Below are positions 19,815 through 30,584 of a DNA stretch of 64,000 bases, in pieces. Numbering within the stretch: position 1 is the first letter of the stretch; each line of letters opens with the position of its first letter. The stretch is taken from positions 448,001 to 512,000 of the forward strand of contig OZ219747.1 in NCBI GenBank assembly GCA_964291265.2, written 5' to 3'. Under the pieces are notes generated by a model. It did no database searches and was not told where the DNA came from. It saw only the letters and a program-made list of their open reading frames with translations. The stretch comes from Alphaproteobacteria bacterium. Lineage in GTDB: Bacteria > Pseudomonadota > Alphaproteobacteria > SP197. The translations under genes were made by a program, and so were the position numbers.

Positions 19815-20680
19815 TGTGGGAGGCACTTGTCCAGCCCTTTGCCGATTTTGGCTTCATGCGGCGCGCACTCGTCGGCTGCGTGGCGATATCCCTGGGCGCA
19901 ACGCCCGTCGGGGTGTTCCTGATGCTGCGCCGCATGAGTCTGACTGGAGACGCGATGGCCCATGCGATCTTGCCGGGAGCGGCCGTCGGCTTTCTTGTCG
20001 CAGGCCTCTCGCTTGGAGCGATGACCGTGGGCGGGCTGATCGCGGGCATGACCGTGGCGCTTCTTGCGGGGTTCGTGACCCGAGCCACCGCTCTGCAAGA
20101 GGACGCGAGCCTCGCGGCCTTCTACCTGATCTCGCTGGCGACCGGCGTGCTGATCGTGTCCACTCGAGGCAGCAACGTCGACCTGATGCATGTGCTGTTC
20201 GGTACCGTGTTGGCACTCGACAACGCTGCCCTGATCCTGCTCGGCACCATCGCGAGCGTTACGTTGTTCACGCTTGCGGTGCTGTTCCGGCCGCTCGTGC
20301 TCGAATGCGCGGACCCGCAGTTCCTGCGTTCGGTCAGCAAGCTCAGCGCCGTTGCGCACTTTGCTCTTCTCGTCCTCGTCGTGCTCAACCTCGTGGGCGG
20401 ATTCCAGGCGCTCGGCACGCTGATGGCGGTCGGCATCATGATCCTTCCCGCCGCCGCGGCGCGGTTCTGGACGGTGAGCGTCGGTGCATTGATCGCCGTC
20501 GCGACAGCCATCGGGATGCTCTCAAGCGTGAGCGGACTTCTTCTCTCCTATCATTTCAGCCTGCCCTCCGGTCCGGCGATCATCCTTGTCGCCGGTCTCG
20601 CCTATGGGTTCTCCCTGGTCCTTGGCCCGGTCAGCGGCCTTGCCGCGCGAGCCTTCTGGGGCCGCTACCTCGAAGCCTGA
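19814..20680 (+). CDS. Zinc ABC transporter permease (AztB/ZnuB-like)
   Basis: LRRMSLTGDAMAHAILPG, DLMHVLFG and PSGPAIIL motifs. Confidence 0.92.
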   Translation: MWEALVQPFADFGFMRRALVGCVAISLGATPVGVFLMLRRMSLTGDAMAHAILPGAAVGFLVAGLSLGAMTVGGLIAGMTVALLAGFVTRATALQEDASLAAFYLISLATGVLIVSTRGSNVDLMHVLFGTVLALDNAALILLGTIASVTLFTLAVLFRPLVLECADPQFLRSVSKLSAVAHFALLVLVVLNLVGGFQALGTLMAVGIMILPAAAARFWTVSVGALIAVATAIGMLSSVSGLLLSYHFSLPSGPAIILVAGLAYGFSLVLGPVSGLAARAFWGRYLEA

Positions 20681-20692
20681 AGGATGCTTGCC

Positions 20693-21751
20693 ATGCCCAC
20701 TCGCAGAAACTTCTTGAGCTCTGTTGCCGCTGTTCCCCTTCTGTCGCTCGCCTCTCCGGTCGCCGCGCAGTCCAGCAATCCGATCAAGGTGGTCGCCACC
20801 TTCTCGATCCTCGGCGACATGACAAGGCGAATCGGAGGCGAGCATGTCGATGTCACGACCCTCGTCGGTCCTGACGGGGATACGCATGTTTACCGGCCAA
20901 CACCCGCAGATGCCCGGGCCGTCAGCGAAGCGGAAATCGTTGTCGTCAACGGACTGGAGTTCGAAGGTTGGCTGGACCGTCTGATCGACGCTTCGGAATT
21001 CAGCGGTGTCCGGGTGGCGGCGACCGACGGCATCGAGCCGATCGCCTACGAGCGCGACGACCACGATGATCATGACGATCACGATGATCACGACGACCAT
21101 GACGATCACGACGACCATGACGACCATGACGATCACGAAGACCACGATGATCACGACGACCATGATGATCACGACGATCACGACGACCATGACGACCACG
21201 ATGATCATGACCATCACCATGGCGCCTTCGACCCCCACGCCTGGCAGAGCCTCCGCAATGCCATCGTGTACGTGAACAACATTGCTGCGGCGCTGTCCGA
21301 GGCCGACGCGGACAATGCCGGCACGTTCTACCGGAATCGCGAGGCTTATGTGGACGAACTCGAGGCCCTCGATTCGGAATTCCGCGACACCTTTGCCCAG
21401 CTTCCCGAGGGCAGCCGAACCGTCGTCACCTCACACGACGCGTTCCAGTACTTCGGTCGCGACTACGGGCTGATCTTCCTGTCGCCGCAAGGGCTCAGCA
21501 CCGAATCGGAGGCATCCGCACAGGAAGTCGCTCGGCTCGTCAAGCAGATACGCGATCAGGACATTCAGGCCGTCTTCGTCGAGAACATCGCGGACCACCG
21601 CCTCCTGGAACGCATTGCCGACGAGACAGGAGCCGCCATCGGCGGCACGCTCTATCCAGGCGCGTTGTCCGACTCCGACGGTCCGGCACCGACCTATCTC
21701 GACATGATGCGGCACAACGCGACAACGATCATGCAGGCGCTGACCCCATAG
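20693..21751 (+). CDS. Zinc ABC transporter substrate-binding protein (AztC/ZnuA-like) with a long Asp/His loop
   Basis: Tat-like TRRNFL signal, VVATFSIL, DTHVY, DPHAW and SHDAF. Confidence 0.92.
   Translation: MPTRRNFLSSVAAVPLLSLASPVAAQSSNPIKVVATFSILGDMTRRIGGEHVDVTTLVGPDGDTHVYRPTPADARAVSEAEIVVVNGLEFEGWLDRLIDASEFSGVRVAATDGIEPIAYERDDHDDHDDHDDHDDHDDHDDHDDHDDHEDHDDHDDHDDHDDHDDHDDHDDHDHHHGAFDPHAWQSLRNAIVYVNNIAAALSEADADNAGTFYRNREAYVDELEALDSEFRDTFAQLPEGSRTVVTSHDAFQYFGRDYGLIFLSPQGLSTESEASAQEVARLVKQIRDQDIQAVFVENIADHRLLERIADETGAAIGGTLYPGALSDSDGPAPTYLDMMRHNATTIMQALTP
21056..21220 (+). repeat. Coding 9-bp repeat, (D/E)DH x17 followed by DHHH
   Basis: GAY-GAY-CAY units with shuffled synonymous positions. 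Confidence 0.95.
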
Positions 21752-22135
21752 AGGCGGGAGCGCGGTATCAGGAAGGGACCATCCTTCGATGGGTTGAACG
21801 GCGCGATACTGCCGTTGTTCCCGCCACGCGACGCGCGGCCAGCGAAGCGGGCCGCGTGGCTTGGGACCGGTTCGACGCGGACACTGACCACATGGCTGAA
21901 GAGCCTGCTTCAGGTTGACGGGGGCAGCGGTCGGGATTGTCCGAGATAAGCGAACGCGGTTGCGAACAGGGCTTCGCAGCGAGGTCCGCGGAACATCCGG
22001 ACAACGGTTCGAGGGTGCCATCGCAGCCCCGAACCGGTCCTTCGTCCCGCCTGCCCGGTCGGCAGCCCCGAAGGTGCGGTTGTCCGATCCGGTCGCGGGA
22101 CTGTAGTGTTGCTGCACAATCTCGGAGGAGGAACC

Positions 22136-23017
22136 GTGCAGCACACGACACGTCCGCGGCGCAGCGTTCTCTACATGCCGGGATCCAACCCCCGGACGCT
22201 CGAGAAGGCGAAGACACTTGCCGCCGACGGGCTCATCTTCGACCTCGAGGACGCCGTCGCTCCCGATGCGAAGGACGAGGCGCGCAGCCTTGTCTGCGCG
22301 GCGGTGACGCAGGGCGGTTACGCGAAACGCGAGATCATCATCCGCGTCAACGGGCTGGCTACGCCATGGGGGCGTGACGACATCATGCGCGCAGCATGCT
22401 CCGGCGCCCATGCCCTGCTGTTGCCCAAGGTCGAGGGCGCCGAAGACATTCGCGAGGCACTGTCCCTGATGGACGCCGCCGGGGCGCCGCAGTCGATGTC
22501 GGTGTGGTGCATGATGGAAACACCGCTCGGCATCCTCCATGCGGAACGGATCGCCTCGGCCAGCCCGCGGATCGGTGCCCTGATCATGGGGACGTCGGAT
22601 CTCACCAAGGATCTGGGAGCGAGGCACACGCCCGATCGCATCGCCATGTCGACGAGTCTCGGCACATGCGTGCTGGCGGCGCGGGCCTTCGGCATCTCGA
22701 TTCTCGATGGCGTGTTCCTCGATCTTCGCGATGACAGCGGATTCGAGGCCGCCTGCATCCAGGGCCGCGACATGGGATTCGATGGAAAGACCGTCATCCA
22801 TCCACGCCAGGTCGCGCCTGCCAACAACGTGTTTGGACCGACCGCCGAGGACGTTGCCTTGGCGCGGCGCATCATCGATGCCCACACCGAGGCCTCGGCC
22901 AGGGGACGGGGCGTGGTCGTGGTCGATGGCAGGCTGATCGAAAACCTCCACGTGGCGGAAGCACGGCGTACCCTTGCCCTTGCCGACGCCATCGAACAGA
23001 TGACCGCCGGTTCATGA
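22136..23017 (+). CDS. CitE-family CoA ester lyase (malyl-CoA lyase/thioesterase-like)
   Basis: RPRRSVLYMPG, FDLEDAV, MMETP and GFDGKTVIHPRQ. Confidence 0.88.
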   Translation: MQHTTRPRRSVLYMPGSNPRTLEKAKTLAADGLIFDLEDAVAPDAKDEARSLVCAAVTQGGYAKREIIIRVNGLATPWGRDDIMRAACSGAHALLLPKVEGAEDIREALSLMDAAGAPQSMSVWCMMETPLGILHAERIASASPRIGALIMGTSDLTKDLGARHTPDRIAMSTSLGTCVLAARAFGISILDGVFLDLRDDSGFEAACIQGRDMGFDGKTVIHPRQVAPANNVFGPTAEDVALARRIIDAHTEASARGRGVVVVDGRLIENLHVAEARRTLALADAIEQMTAGS

Positions 23018-24063
23018 GGCCCTGCAGCGGCCATTTCCTCGAGGACTTCGACGTCGGAAGGGTCTTCCGCCACGCCACCCCGCGCACCGTCACGGCAGGT
23101 GACCGGGCGCTTCATGTCGCTCTCACGGGATCGCGGTTCGCCATGGCCTCGGCCGATACCTTTGCCGCCTCCTGTGGCTTCGCCAGGGCGCCGGTGGATG
23201 ATGTCCTGGTATTCAACTTGATCTTCGGCAAGACCGTCCCCGACATCTCGGCCAACGCCATCGCCAATCTCGGCTACGCCGCCTGCCGGTTCACCGCACC
23301 GGTTCATGAAGGGGACACGCTCGATGCCGTCTCCGAGGTCATCGGCCGCCGGGAACTCTCCAATGGCCGGTCCGGCATCGTCTGGGTGCGTTCGACCGGC
23401 CGCAACCAGGCCGGGAAGGCCGTGCTCGACTATGTCCGCTGGGTGATGGTGAACAAGCGTGATCCGGCAAGCCCTGCGCCGGAAGCCATCGTGCCGACGC
23501 TTGCCGACGCCGTCGATCCCACTTCGATCGTGATCCCGCAGGCACTCGATCTGTCAGGGTACGACTGGGCGGCGGCCGGCGATGGCGCGGACTGGGATTC
23601 CCTCGTGTGCGGTCAGCGGTTTGACCATGTCGACGGGATGACCGTCGAGGAAGGAGAGCACCAGATGGCAACGCGTCTCTACCAGAACACGGCGCGGGTC
23701 CATTTCGATCAACACCGGTCTTCCACCACCCGCTTCGGCCGGCGAGTCGTCTACGGCGGCCACATCATCAGCCTCGCCCGCGCCCTCTCGTTCAACGGCC
23801 TGTCCCACGCCTGCCTCGTCGCCGCCCTCAACGGCGGCCGGCACACGGCGCCGACCTTCGCCGGAGACACCATCTATGCCTGGTCGAACGTTCTGACAAA
23901 GGCAAAGGTCGATGGCCGCCGGGACATCGGTCTGGCGCGCCTGCGCACCGTGGCGGCGAAGAACCACCCGTGCGACGACTTCCCCGACCGCGATGACCAT
24001 GACCGCGACCATCCCGACAAGGTGCTTGATCTCGACTACTGGGTGGTGATGCCACGGCGTTGA
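23014..24063 (+). CDS. mch: Double MaoC-domain dehydratase (mesaconyl-CoA hydratase-like)
   Basis: GHFLEDF, HATPRT, FGKTVPDIS.NAIANLGY, YQNTARVHF and VYGGHIISLARALSFNGL. Confidence 0.8.
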   Translation: MRPCSGHFLEDFDVGRVFRHATPRTVTAGDRALHVALTGSRFAMASADTFAASCGFARAPVDDVLVFNLIFGKTVPDISANAIANLGYAACRFTAPVHEGDTLDAVSEVIGRRELSNGRSGIVWVRSTGRNQAGKAVLDYVRWVMVNKRDPASPAPEAIVPTLADAVDPTSIVIPQALDLSGYDWAAAGDGADWDSLVCGQRFDHVDGMTVEEGEHQMATRLYQNTARVHFDQHRSSTTRFGRRVVYGGHIISLARALSFNGLSHACLVAALNGGRHTAPTFAGDTIYAWSNVLTKAKVDGRRDIGLARLRTVAAKNHPCDDFPDRDDHDRDHPDKVLDLDYWVVMPRR

Positions 24064-24097
24064 CCCGCACCGCGCCGGGACATATAGACTCGTGACC

Positions 24098-24511
24098 ATG
24101 TCGACTGCTCAACCAGATGACGAGGCTGGCGCCGCGCGGCCACTGTCGCCCCACCTCCAGGTCTATCGCCCGCAGATCACCTCCGTCCTTTCCATCACCC
24201 ATCGCCTGACAGGCGCCCTGCTGTCGATCGGCATGGCCGGCCTCGTGGCCTGGCTGGCGGCGGCAGCGGCCGGACCGGAGAGCTTTGCGACGGTGCGTGA
24301 CATCGCCGGCTCGTGGTCGGGGCAAGTCATCCTCTTCATCTGGTCCCTCTGCCTTGTCTACCACCTGCTGAACGGCATCCGGCACCTGGTGTGGGATACG
24401 GGGCGCGGTCTTGAGATGACGTCGGTGCGGGTGTCGGGATGGGCCGTTGTCGGCGGTACGCTCATTCTCACCACCCTTGCCTGGGTGCTTGGCGCCATGG
24501 CGGCCGGATGA
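24098..24511 (+). CDS. sdhC: Succinate dehydrogenase cytochrome b556 subunit
   Basis: RPLSPHLQVY, SITHRLTG and YHLLNGIRHLVWD. Confidence 0.95.
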   Translation: MSTAQPDDEAGAARPLSPHLQVYRPQITSVLSITHRLTGALLSIGMAGLVAWLAAAAAGPESFATVRDIAGSWSGQVILFIWSLCLVYHLLNGIRHLVWDTGRGLEMTSVRVSGWAVVGGTLILTTLAWVLGAMAAG

Positions 24512-24858
24512 TGGCGAATCCGAAGCGAGGCGCGCCGCACTGGCGTCACCAGCGTCTGACAGCGCTGGCGCTCATCCCCCTCACCCTTGTCTTCATCGGC
24601 CTGTTGCCTGTTCTCGCGACCGCAGATCATGGGGCCGTCGTGGGGCTCATGGAGACCGTCATCGTTCCGCTCTTCCTGGTGGTGCTTCTGGGTGTCGGCC
24701 TCTGGCACATGAAACTGGGCCTTGAGACCATCATCGACGACTACGTGGGACGAGGATCCTGCGGTTCCGCGCTCAAGGCCCTCGTCACTGCCGCCGCGGT
24801 GGTCCTGGCGGCCGTCGCCGCTGTCTCCCTCGCCATGCTCATGGCGAGCCAGGCATGA
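24508..24858 (+). CDS. sdhD: Succinate dehydrogenase membrane anchor
   Basis: [14 protein letters not shown] and [13 protein letters not shown]. Confidence 0.93.
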   Translation: MMANPKRGAPHWRHQRLTALALIPLTLVFIGLLPVLATADHGAVVGLMETVIVPLFLVVLLGVGLWHMKLGLETIIDDYVGRGSCGSALKALVTAAAVVLAAVAAVSLAMLMASQA

Positions 24859-26645
24859 AGACCGCCTACACCATCGTCGATCACGCCTACGACGTGATCG
24901 TGGTCGGCGCCGGCGGCGCCGGCCTGCGCGCCACCCTCGGCCTGGCCGAGAGCGGCCTGTCGACCGCCTGCATCACCAAGGTCTTCCCCACCAGAAGCCA
25001 CACCGTCGCCGCCCAGGGAGGGATCTCGGCAGCGCTGGGCAACATGGGTGACGATGACTGGCGCTACCACATGTACGACACCGTCAAGGGCTCCGACTGG
25101 CTCGGCGACCAGGATGCCATCGAGTATATGTGCAAGGAGGCTCCGGCCGCGGTGATCGAACTCGAACACTACGGCGTGCCGTTCTCGCGCACCGCTGAGG
25201 GCACCATCTACCAGCGCGCCTTCGGCGGCATGACCACGGAGTACGGCAAGGGCACGGCCCAGCGAACCTGCGCCGCCGCCGACCGCACCGGCCATGCAAT
25301 CCTGCATACGCTCTATCAGCAGTCCTTGCGTCACGAGGCGCAGTTCTTCATCGAGTATTTCGCCCTCGATCTCATCATGGACGACGACGGCGCATGCCGG
25401 GGCGTGATGGCCTGGTGCCTGGAGGACGGCACCCTGCACCGGTTTTCCGCGTCGCTGACCATTCTCGCGACCGGCGGATACGGCCGCTGCTATCTGTCGT
25501 GTACCTCGGCCCACACCTGCACTGGCGACGGCAACGGCATGGTCCTGCGCGCCGGGTTGCCGCTGCAGGACATGGAATTCGTCCAGTTTCACCCGACCGG
25601 GGTCTACGGCGCCGGTGTCCTCATCACGGAGGGCGTGCGAGGAGAGGGCGGCTACCTCGTCAACGGCGAGGGCGAACGGTTCATGGAGCGCTACGCCCCC
25701 TCGGCCAAGGACCTGGCGAGTCGCGACGTCGTATCGCGCTCCATGACGATCGAGATTCGCGAGGGCCGTGGCGCCGGCGAGGACAAGGACCACATCCTGC
25801 TCAAGCTTGACCATCTCGATCCCGACGTCATCGCCGCGCGTCTCCCCGGAATCTCGGAGAGCGCGAGGATCTTCGCCGGCGTCGACGTGACGCGCGAGCC
25901 GGTTCCGGTGCTGCCGACGGTCCATTACAACATGGGAGGGATCCCGACCAACCATCACGGCGAAGTGGTGGTGCCACGGGACGGCGATCCCGATTCCGTC
26001 GTGCCGGGTCTCATGGCGTCCGGGGAGGCGGCTTGCGTTTCGGTGCACGGCGCCAACCGCCTGGGGTCCAACTCCCTGCTCGATCTCGTCGTGTTCGGCC
26101 GGGCCGCAGCCCTGCGTGCCGCCAGCCTGGTTGCGCCCGGCGGGACGCGCGAGGACCTGCCCCCCGGCGCCGGTGAAGCGACGGTTGAACGCTTCGACCG
26201 GTTGCGTCATGCCGCCGGCGGCACGCCGACGGCCCGGTTGCGCGAGATGATGCAGCGCACCATGCAGAATGACGCCGCGGTGTTCCGCACCGAATCGTCA
26301 CTCCGGGAAGGATGCCGCCGGATGGCGCAGGTCCATGCCGGATTCTCCGACATCCAGGTCAGCGACCGCTCCCTGGTGTGGAACACCGACCTCATGGAAA
26401 CATGGGAACTCGACAACATGCTGCGTCAGGCCGTGGTCACCATCGTCTGCGCCGAACACCGCAAGGAGAGTCGCGGCGCCCACGCCCGGGAGGACTACAC
26501 GGAACGCGACGACGAGAACTGGATGAAGCATACCGTCGCCTGGCTCGACGATGACGGCCGCCACAGGATCGATTATCGGCCCGTGCATCTCGACACGCTG
26601 ACCAACGAGGTGGAGAGCATTCCTCCCCGGTCCAGGGTGTACTGA
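24855..26645 (+). CDS. sdhA: Succinate dehydrogenase flavoprotein
   Basis: [22 protein letters not shown] and [11 protein letters not shown]. Confidence 0.97.
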   Translation: MKTAYTIVDHAYDVIVVGAGGAGLRATLGLAESGLSTACITKVFPTRSHTVAAQGGISAALGNMGDDDWRYHMYDTVKGSDWLGDQDAIEYMCKEAPAAVIELEHYGVPFSRTAEGTIYQRAFGGMTTEYGKGTAQRTCAAADRTGHAILHTLYQQSLRHEAQFFIEYFALDLIMDDDGACRGVMAWCLEDGTLHRFSASLTILATGGYGRCYLSCTSAHTCTGDGNGMVLRAGLPLQDMEFVQFHPTGVYGAGVLITEGVRGEGGYLVNGEGERFMERYAPSAKDLASRDVVSRSMTIEIREGRGAGEDKDHILLKLDHLDPDVIAARLPGISESARIFAGVDVTREPVPVLPTVHYNMGGIPTNHHGEVVVPRDGDPDSVVPGLMASGEAACVSVHGANRLGSNSLLDLVVFGRAAALRAASLVAPGGTREDLPPGAGEATVERFDRLRHAAGGTPTARLREMMQRTMQNDAAVFRTESSLREGCRRMAQVHAGFSDIQVSDRSLVWNTDLMETWELDNMLRQAVVTIVCAEHRKESRGAHAREDYTERDDENWMKHTVAWLDDDGRHRIDYRPVHLDTLTNEVESIPPRSRVY

Positions 26646-26675
26646 CCATGCCGGGTTTACTGACCATGCCGGGTT
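26640..26675 (+). repeat. 18-bp tandem duplication spanning the sdhA stop codon
   Basis: tactgaccatgccgggtt occurs twice in tandem. Confidence 0.85.
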
Positions 26676-26705
26676 TCCGTCCGCCACGCTCCGGAGCGAT
26701 TCACC

Positions 26706-27488
26706 ATGGCTGAGTTCAGACTGACAGGGAGTTCGAGAGTGCGGGTCGGCAAGGCCCACCCCGTGCCGCAGGGCAGCACCCGGCGCACCCGCTTCAAGAT
26801 CTACCGCCATGATCCCGACAGCGGCGCCGGCCCGCGCCTCGACACCTTCGAGGTCGACCGCGACACCTGTGGTCAGATGGTCCTCGACGCCCTCATCACC
26901 ATCAAGAACGAGCTGGATTCGACGCTCGTTTTCCGCCGTTCGTGCCGCGAGGGCGTGTGCGGTTCCTGCGCCATGAACATCGATGGCGTCAACACCCTAG
27001 CCTGCACCAAGCCTCTCGATGACATCTCCGGGGACGTCCGGGTCTACCCCCTGCCCCATATGCGGGTCATCCGGGATCTCGTCACCGACGTCTCGCATGT
27101 CTACGGGCAGCTCGCCTCGGTGAAGCCGTGGCTTCGCTCGCAAAGCGCCGCGCCGGAGGCCAGGGAACGCCTGCAGTCACCTCGCGAGCGCGAGAAACTC
27201 GACGGCCTCTACGAGTGCATCCTGTGTTTCTGCTGCCAGACGGCCTGTCCGAGCTACTGGTGGAACGGCGAGACATTTCCAGGTCCCGCCGTTCTCCTGC
27301 AGGCCTACCGCTGGGTTGTCGACAGCCGCGACGAGACAGGCGATGAACGGATCGCGGAACTCGATGGCGCCGACGAACTCTTCCGCTGCCGCACCATCGT
27401 CAACTGCACCAATGCCTGCCCCAAGGGCCTCAATCCGGCTCGCGCCATCGCCGAGGCCAAGAAGCGCGCGGCACAGTCACATCGCTAG
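26706..27488 (+). CDS. sdhB: Succinate dehydrogenase iron-sulfur subunit
   Basis: [31 protein letters not shown] and [12 protein letters not shown]. Confidence 0.96.
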   Translation: MAEFRLTGSSRVRVGKAHPVPQGSTRRTRFKIYRHDPDSGAGPRLDTFEVDRDTCGQMVLDALITIKNELDSTLVFRRSCREGVCGSCAMNIDGVNTLACTKPLDDISGDVRVYPLPHMRVIRDLVTDVSHVYGQLASVKPWLRSQSAAPEARERLQSPREREKLDGLYECILCFCCQTACPSYWWNGETFPGPAVLLQAYRWVVDSRDETGDERIAELDGADELFRCRTIVNCTNACPKGLNPARAIAEAKKRAAQSHR

Positions 27489-27628
27489 TTCCTGCAAAGA
27501 CCACTAAAACAGTGATAATGCGGGATCATTCGCGCCATTAACGGGTTGGGATTTCGCTTGTATGGCGATTGTCGGGTTGAATCGGGCATGTTCAGGTCGA
27601 TGTCGGGGAGTCTTCGCGAGGTGATGCC

Positions 27629-28590
27629 ATGAGACATGTACGCCATCCCCGGATGGAGCTGAGCGAGGTGCGGATCGAGGACATCCAGATCAACCGGAGG
27701 TCCCGGTACGCCATTCCGGCGTTGTTGCTGGGTCTTCAGCATCTCTATGGCGATGGGGAGACCCGCGCCCGTCTGTTCGCGCTTCTCGACGAGCATATGC
27801 ATGTCGGCGTCGACCGCACAGTAGGGCGACCGGGCATGGAGATGTGGCGGATCCTTGTGATGGGCGTGGTGATGCAGGGGCTGGGCTGCGGTGTCGAACA
27901 CCTTCACGAACTGGTGAACGAGCACAGGACACTTCGCCGGTTTCTCGGTCACGAGGCGTTTTCGGATGAGAGGTACGAGTACCAGACGGTGGTGGACAAC
28001 GTCTGTCTGATGCGCCCCGAGTTGTTGGCGCGGGTGGGACAGATGATGGTGGAGAGCGGCCATGTTGTGGCGAGAAAGAAAGCCTGGCGAGCTGTTGCGC
28101 GGGCGCGGTGATTCCTTCGTGGTGGAGACGGACGTTCACGATCCCACGGATGTGAACCTTCTCATGGACGCGAGGCGCTTGCCTGCTCCGGGAGACGGGC
28201 CGTGCGGCGCATGAGCATGATGTGAAGGGTTGGCGCCGGTGGAGCCATCTGACGATGTCGATGAAGGGTCAGTTCAACCAGGTGCGCTCGACCCGCCGCG
28301 CCCGTGCGGACCATGTCGAGGCGTATCGTTGAGACCTGCCGCGGTCTTGTGGAGCTGGCGCAGGTGACGCATCGGGACCTGGCCTTGCGTGGTGCGCCGT
28401 CCTGCAAGCTGGTGACTACCTGATCCCTGTCTGGGTCATGCGAGGCGTCGGATCGACCAAGTGGAGTGCCGCCCTCTCAACGGCGAGACGATCCCGCATG
28501 ACGAGAAGGTGTTCCCGATCTTCGAGAGCCACACGCATTGGATCTCGAAGGGCAAGGCGGGGACGCAAGTGGAACTCGAGGTTCCCAGGC
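27629..28590 (+). pseudogene. Degraded IS5-like transposase
   Basis: GRPGMEMWRILVMGV and HRTLRRFLGH, then frameshifted DSFVVETDVHDP and GETIPHDEKVFPIFESHTHWISKGKAG..VEL segments. Confidence 0.75.
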
Positions 28591-28963
28591 GCTCTTTCCC
28601 GACCTGCGCTGGTGCAGCTTCGACCGCGGCTTCCGCAGCCCTGACAACAGGCCTCGTCTCGACGCGCTTCTCGAACACAACGTGCTGCCACCTCGACACG
28701 TGTCATCGCTGGAAGGGGTGTTTCCCGGCAGGCCCTGGTTCATGGTCGCAAACCACGCGCGAGACGGACAGGAACACCCGCCGACAGTCGTCATCGCGGG
28801 CCGAACGCATGGGCCGTGGTGTTCGGGCGGACCTTGACTCGCGACGAGCGAGCCCCTAAGGGATGTCCGCTCGCAGTATGGGAGGACATGCTTCGGGGCC
28901 ACGCTCTGCCGCGTCCTCCTGTCCTGTGATCAGCAGAGAAATCACTCAAGGAGATGTGCTGTC

Positions 28964-30493
28964 ATGTTTGCCATGCCCAGGAAGGCAGTGTTCAGGCCCG
29001 TTGATCGCCGCAGGTTTCTGGAACTCGGCGGTGGTGTTGCGACGACGCTCGGCGCCGGATCGATTGCGGTCGGAATGAACTCCATGATCACACGACGCCC
29101 GGTCTACGCGTCGTCCTCGGAAGAGGCCAAGTGGCGCCAGTACGAGGGTTCGAAGCTTGTGTTCATGTCGGAGAACACGCCTCCTTCCTTCGCCATCCGT
29201 GACAACATCAAGGCATTCTACGACCTCACCGGCATCGAGGTGGAGATCCTCACCGACGGATTGCCGACCGTGCAGCAGAAGGTCGGCATCGATCTCAGGA
29301 GCGGCCAGGCCGACTATCACCTGAACTACGTGCAGGACAAGCCGATCGGGTCGCCCTTCGCCGATTTCTACGCCGACCTCAACGAATTCACGGTTGACGA
29401 CACCCTGCCGCTCGATCCCCAGGGCTACGGCAGCGAGGTCTGGTTCGAGAACTATCTCGATGCCTGCGGCGTCTACTACGAACGCGGGCCGATCCGGGCC
29501 TTCCCCTACGACTGCGCGGTCTCATGCACCTTCTACAGGCAGGATCTCTTCGAGAAGCTGTCCAAGGATTTCGAGGCCGACTACGGTTACCGTCTCGAGT
29601 TCACGGACGACACGACCTACGCGAACATGGTCGATTTCGCCGCGTTCTTCAAGATGATGCACGAGCGCGATGCATCCGTTCCCTACGGTTACGCGCAGCA
29701 TCACGGCTCATTCAGCTGGACGACGCAGCTCGATATCCAGCGACATATGTACGCGCAGAACCAGTGGCTCGACTTCGCGGTCGACGACACCCTGGGCTCG
29801 AAGGAACCCGGCCCGACGAACTGGGGTGACGCGCAGTCGGTCAGGTCCATGGAAGGCTACAAGGCGCTTGCCGATGTCAGCCACCCGGACAACCTGACCA
29901 ACGGGACACTGGAGCTGAACACCGTCTACGCCGCCGGCGGCATCGCGATGCAGATCCAGTATCACGAGTTTGCCGCCTCGATCGAGGATCCCGAGCAGTC
30001 CGTCGCCGCTGGCGGCAGGACGGCCTACGCCATGGGGCCGAAGGGTGATCCATCGTGGAACACCGATGGCAGCAGCAATGTGGTCAACGCCACCAACTGC
30101 GGCATCGGCGGCATCGGCATCAACGCCGGCGCATCGATGGACCTGCAGCGTGCGGCGTTCATCTTCGCCAGCTGGGCGTGCAGCCACGACACGCAGCTCA
30201 TGGTGCTGCAGGGCGTCGGCGGCACGCCGACCCGCAGGTCCGTTCTGGACGTGCCCGAGGTCCGGCAGGCCCGCAACCGGCCCACCAGCATGCCGAATGC
30301 CCTGACCTTCGAGGCGGTCTACGACAAGGGCATCCGCTCGCCGAACATGGTGCTCGGACCCAAGTTGCCAAAGGCGAACGAGTACCACGAGATCGTCCGC
30401 ATCGGTACGCAGCAGTGCATCTCGGGCGAGCTTTCGGCCCAGGAAGCCTGTGAGTCCATCAGGGACGAACTCGATTCAATTCACGGAGTCTGA
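28964..30493 (+). CDS. Carbohydrate-type ABC transporter substrate-binding protein, Tat-exported
   Basis: DRRRFLELG twin-arginine signal, SBP_bac-like size, located upstream of two permeases. Confidence 0.85.
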   Translation: MFAMPRKAVFRPVDRRRFLELGGGVATTLGAGSIAVGMNSMITRRPVYASSSEEAKWRQYEGSKLVFMSENTPPSFAIRDNIKAFYDLTGIEVEILTDGLPTVQQKVGIDLRSGQADYHLNYVQDKPIGSPFADFYADLNEFTVDDTLPLDPQGYGSEVWFENYLDACGVYYERGPIRAFPYDCAVSCTFYRQDLFEKLSKDFEADYGYRLEFTDDTTYANMVDFAAFFKMMHERDASVPYGYAQHHGSFSWTTQLDIQRHMYAQNQWLDFAVDDTLGSKEPGPTNWGDAQSVRSMEGYKALADVSHPDNLTNGTLELNTVYAAGGIAMQIQYHEFAASIEDPEQSVAAGGRTAYAMGPKGDPSWNTDGSSNVVNATNCGIGGIGINAGASMDLQRAAFIFASWACSHDTQLMVLQGVGGTPTRRSVLDVPEVRQARNRPTSMPNALTFEAVYDKGIRSPNMVLGPKLPKANEYHEIVRIGTQQCISGELSAQEACESIRDELDSIHGV

Positions 30494-30503
30494 GTGACGT
30501 TCC

Positions 30504-30565
30504 GCACCGACCGCGGTCGGTGCGGCCCGGTGCGTGGTCCCCGGCAGTGCCGCGGGGGACCACGC
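30504..30565 (+). terminator. Two GC-rich intercistronic hairpins after the SBP gene
   Basis: gcaccgaccg/cggtcggtgc and gcgtggtcccc...ggggaccacgc. No U-tract, so more likely mRNA-stabilising. Confidence 0.5.
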
Positions 30566-30584
30566 GCCGTCACCATGGCGAGAC

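Noticed and set aside
21056-21220. CRISPR-like or non-coding repeat array
   Set aside because: It is an in-frame 9-bp coding repeat with no spacers, and there are no cas genes in the window.
21752-22135. Riboswitch or sRNA in the gap after the zinc operon
   Set aside because: Only generic GC hairpins, with no conserved motif I can recognise. An Rfam scan would be needed.
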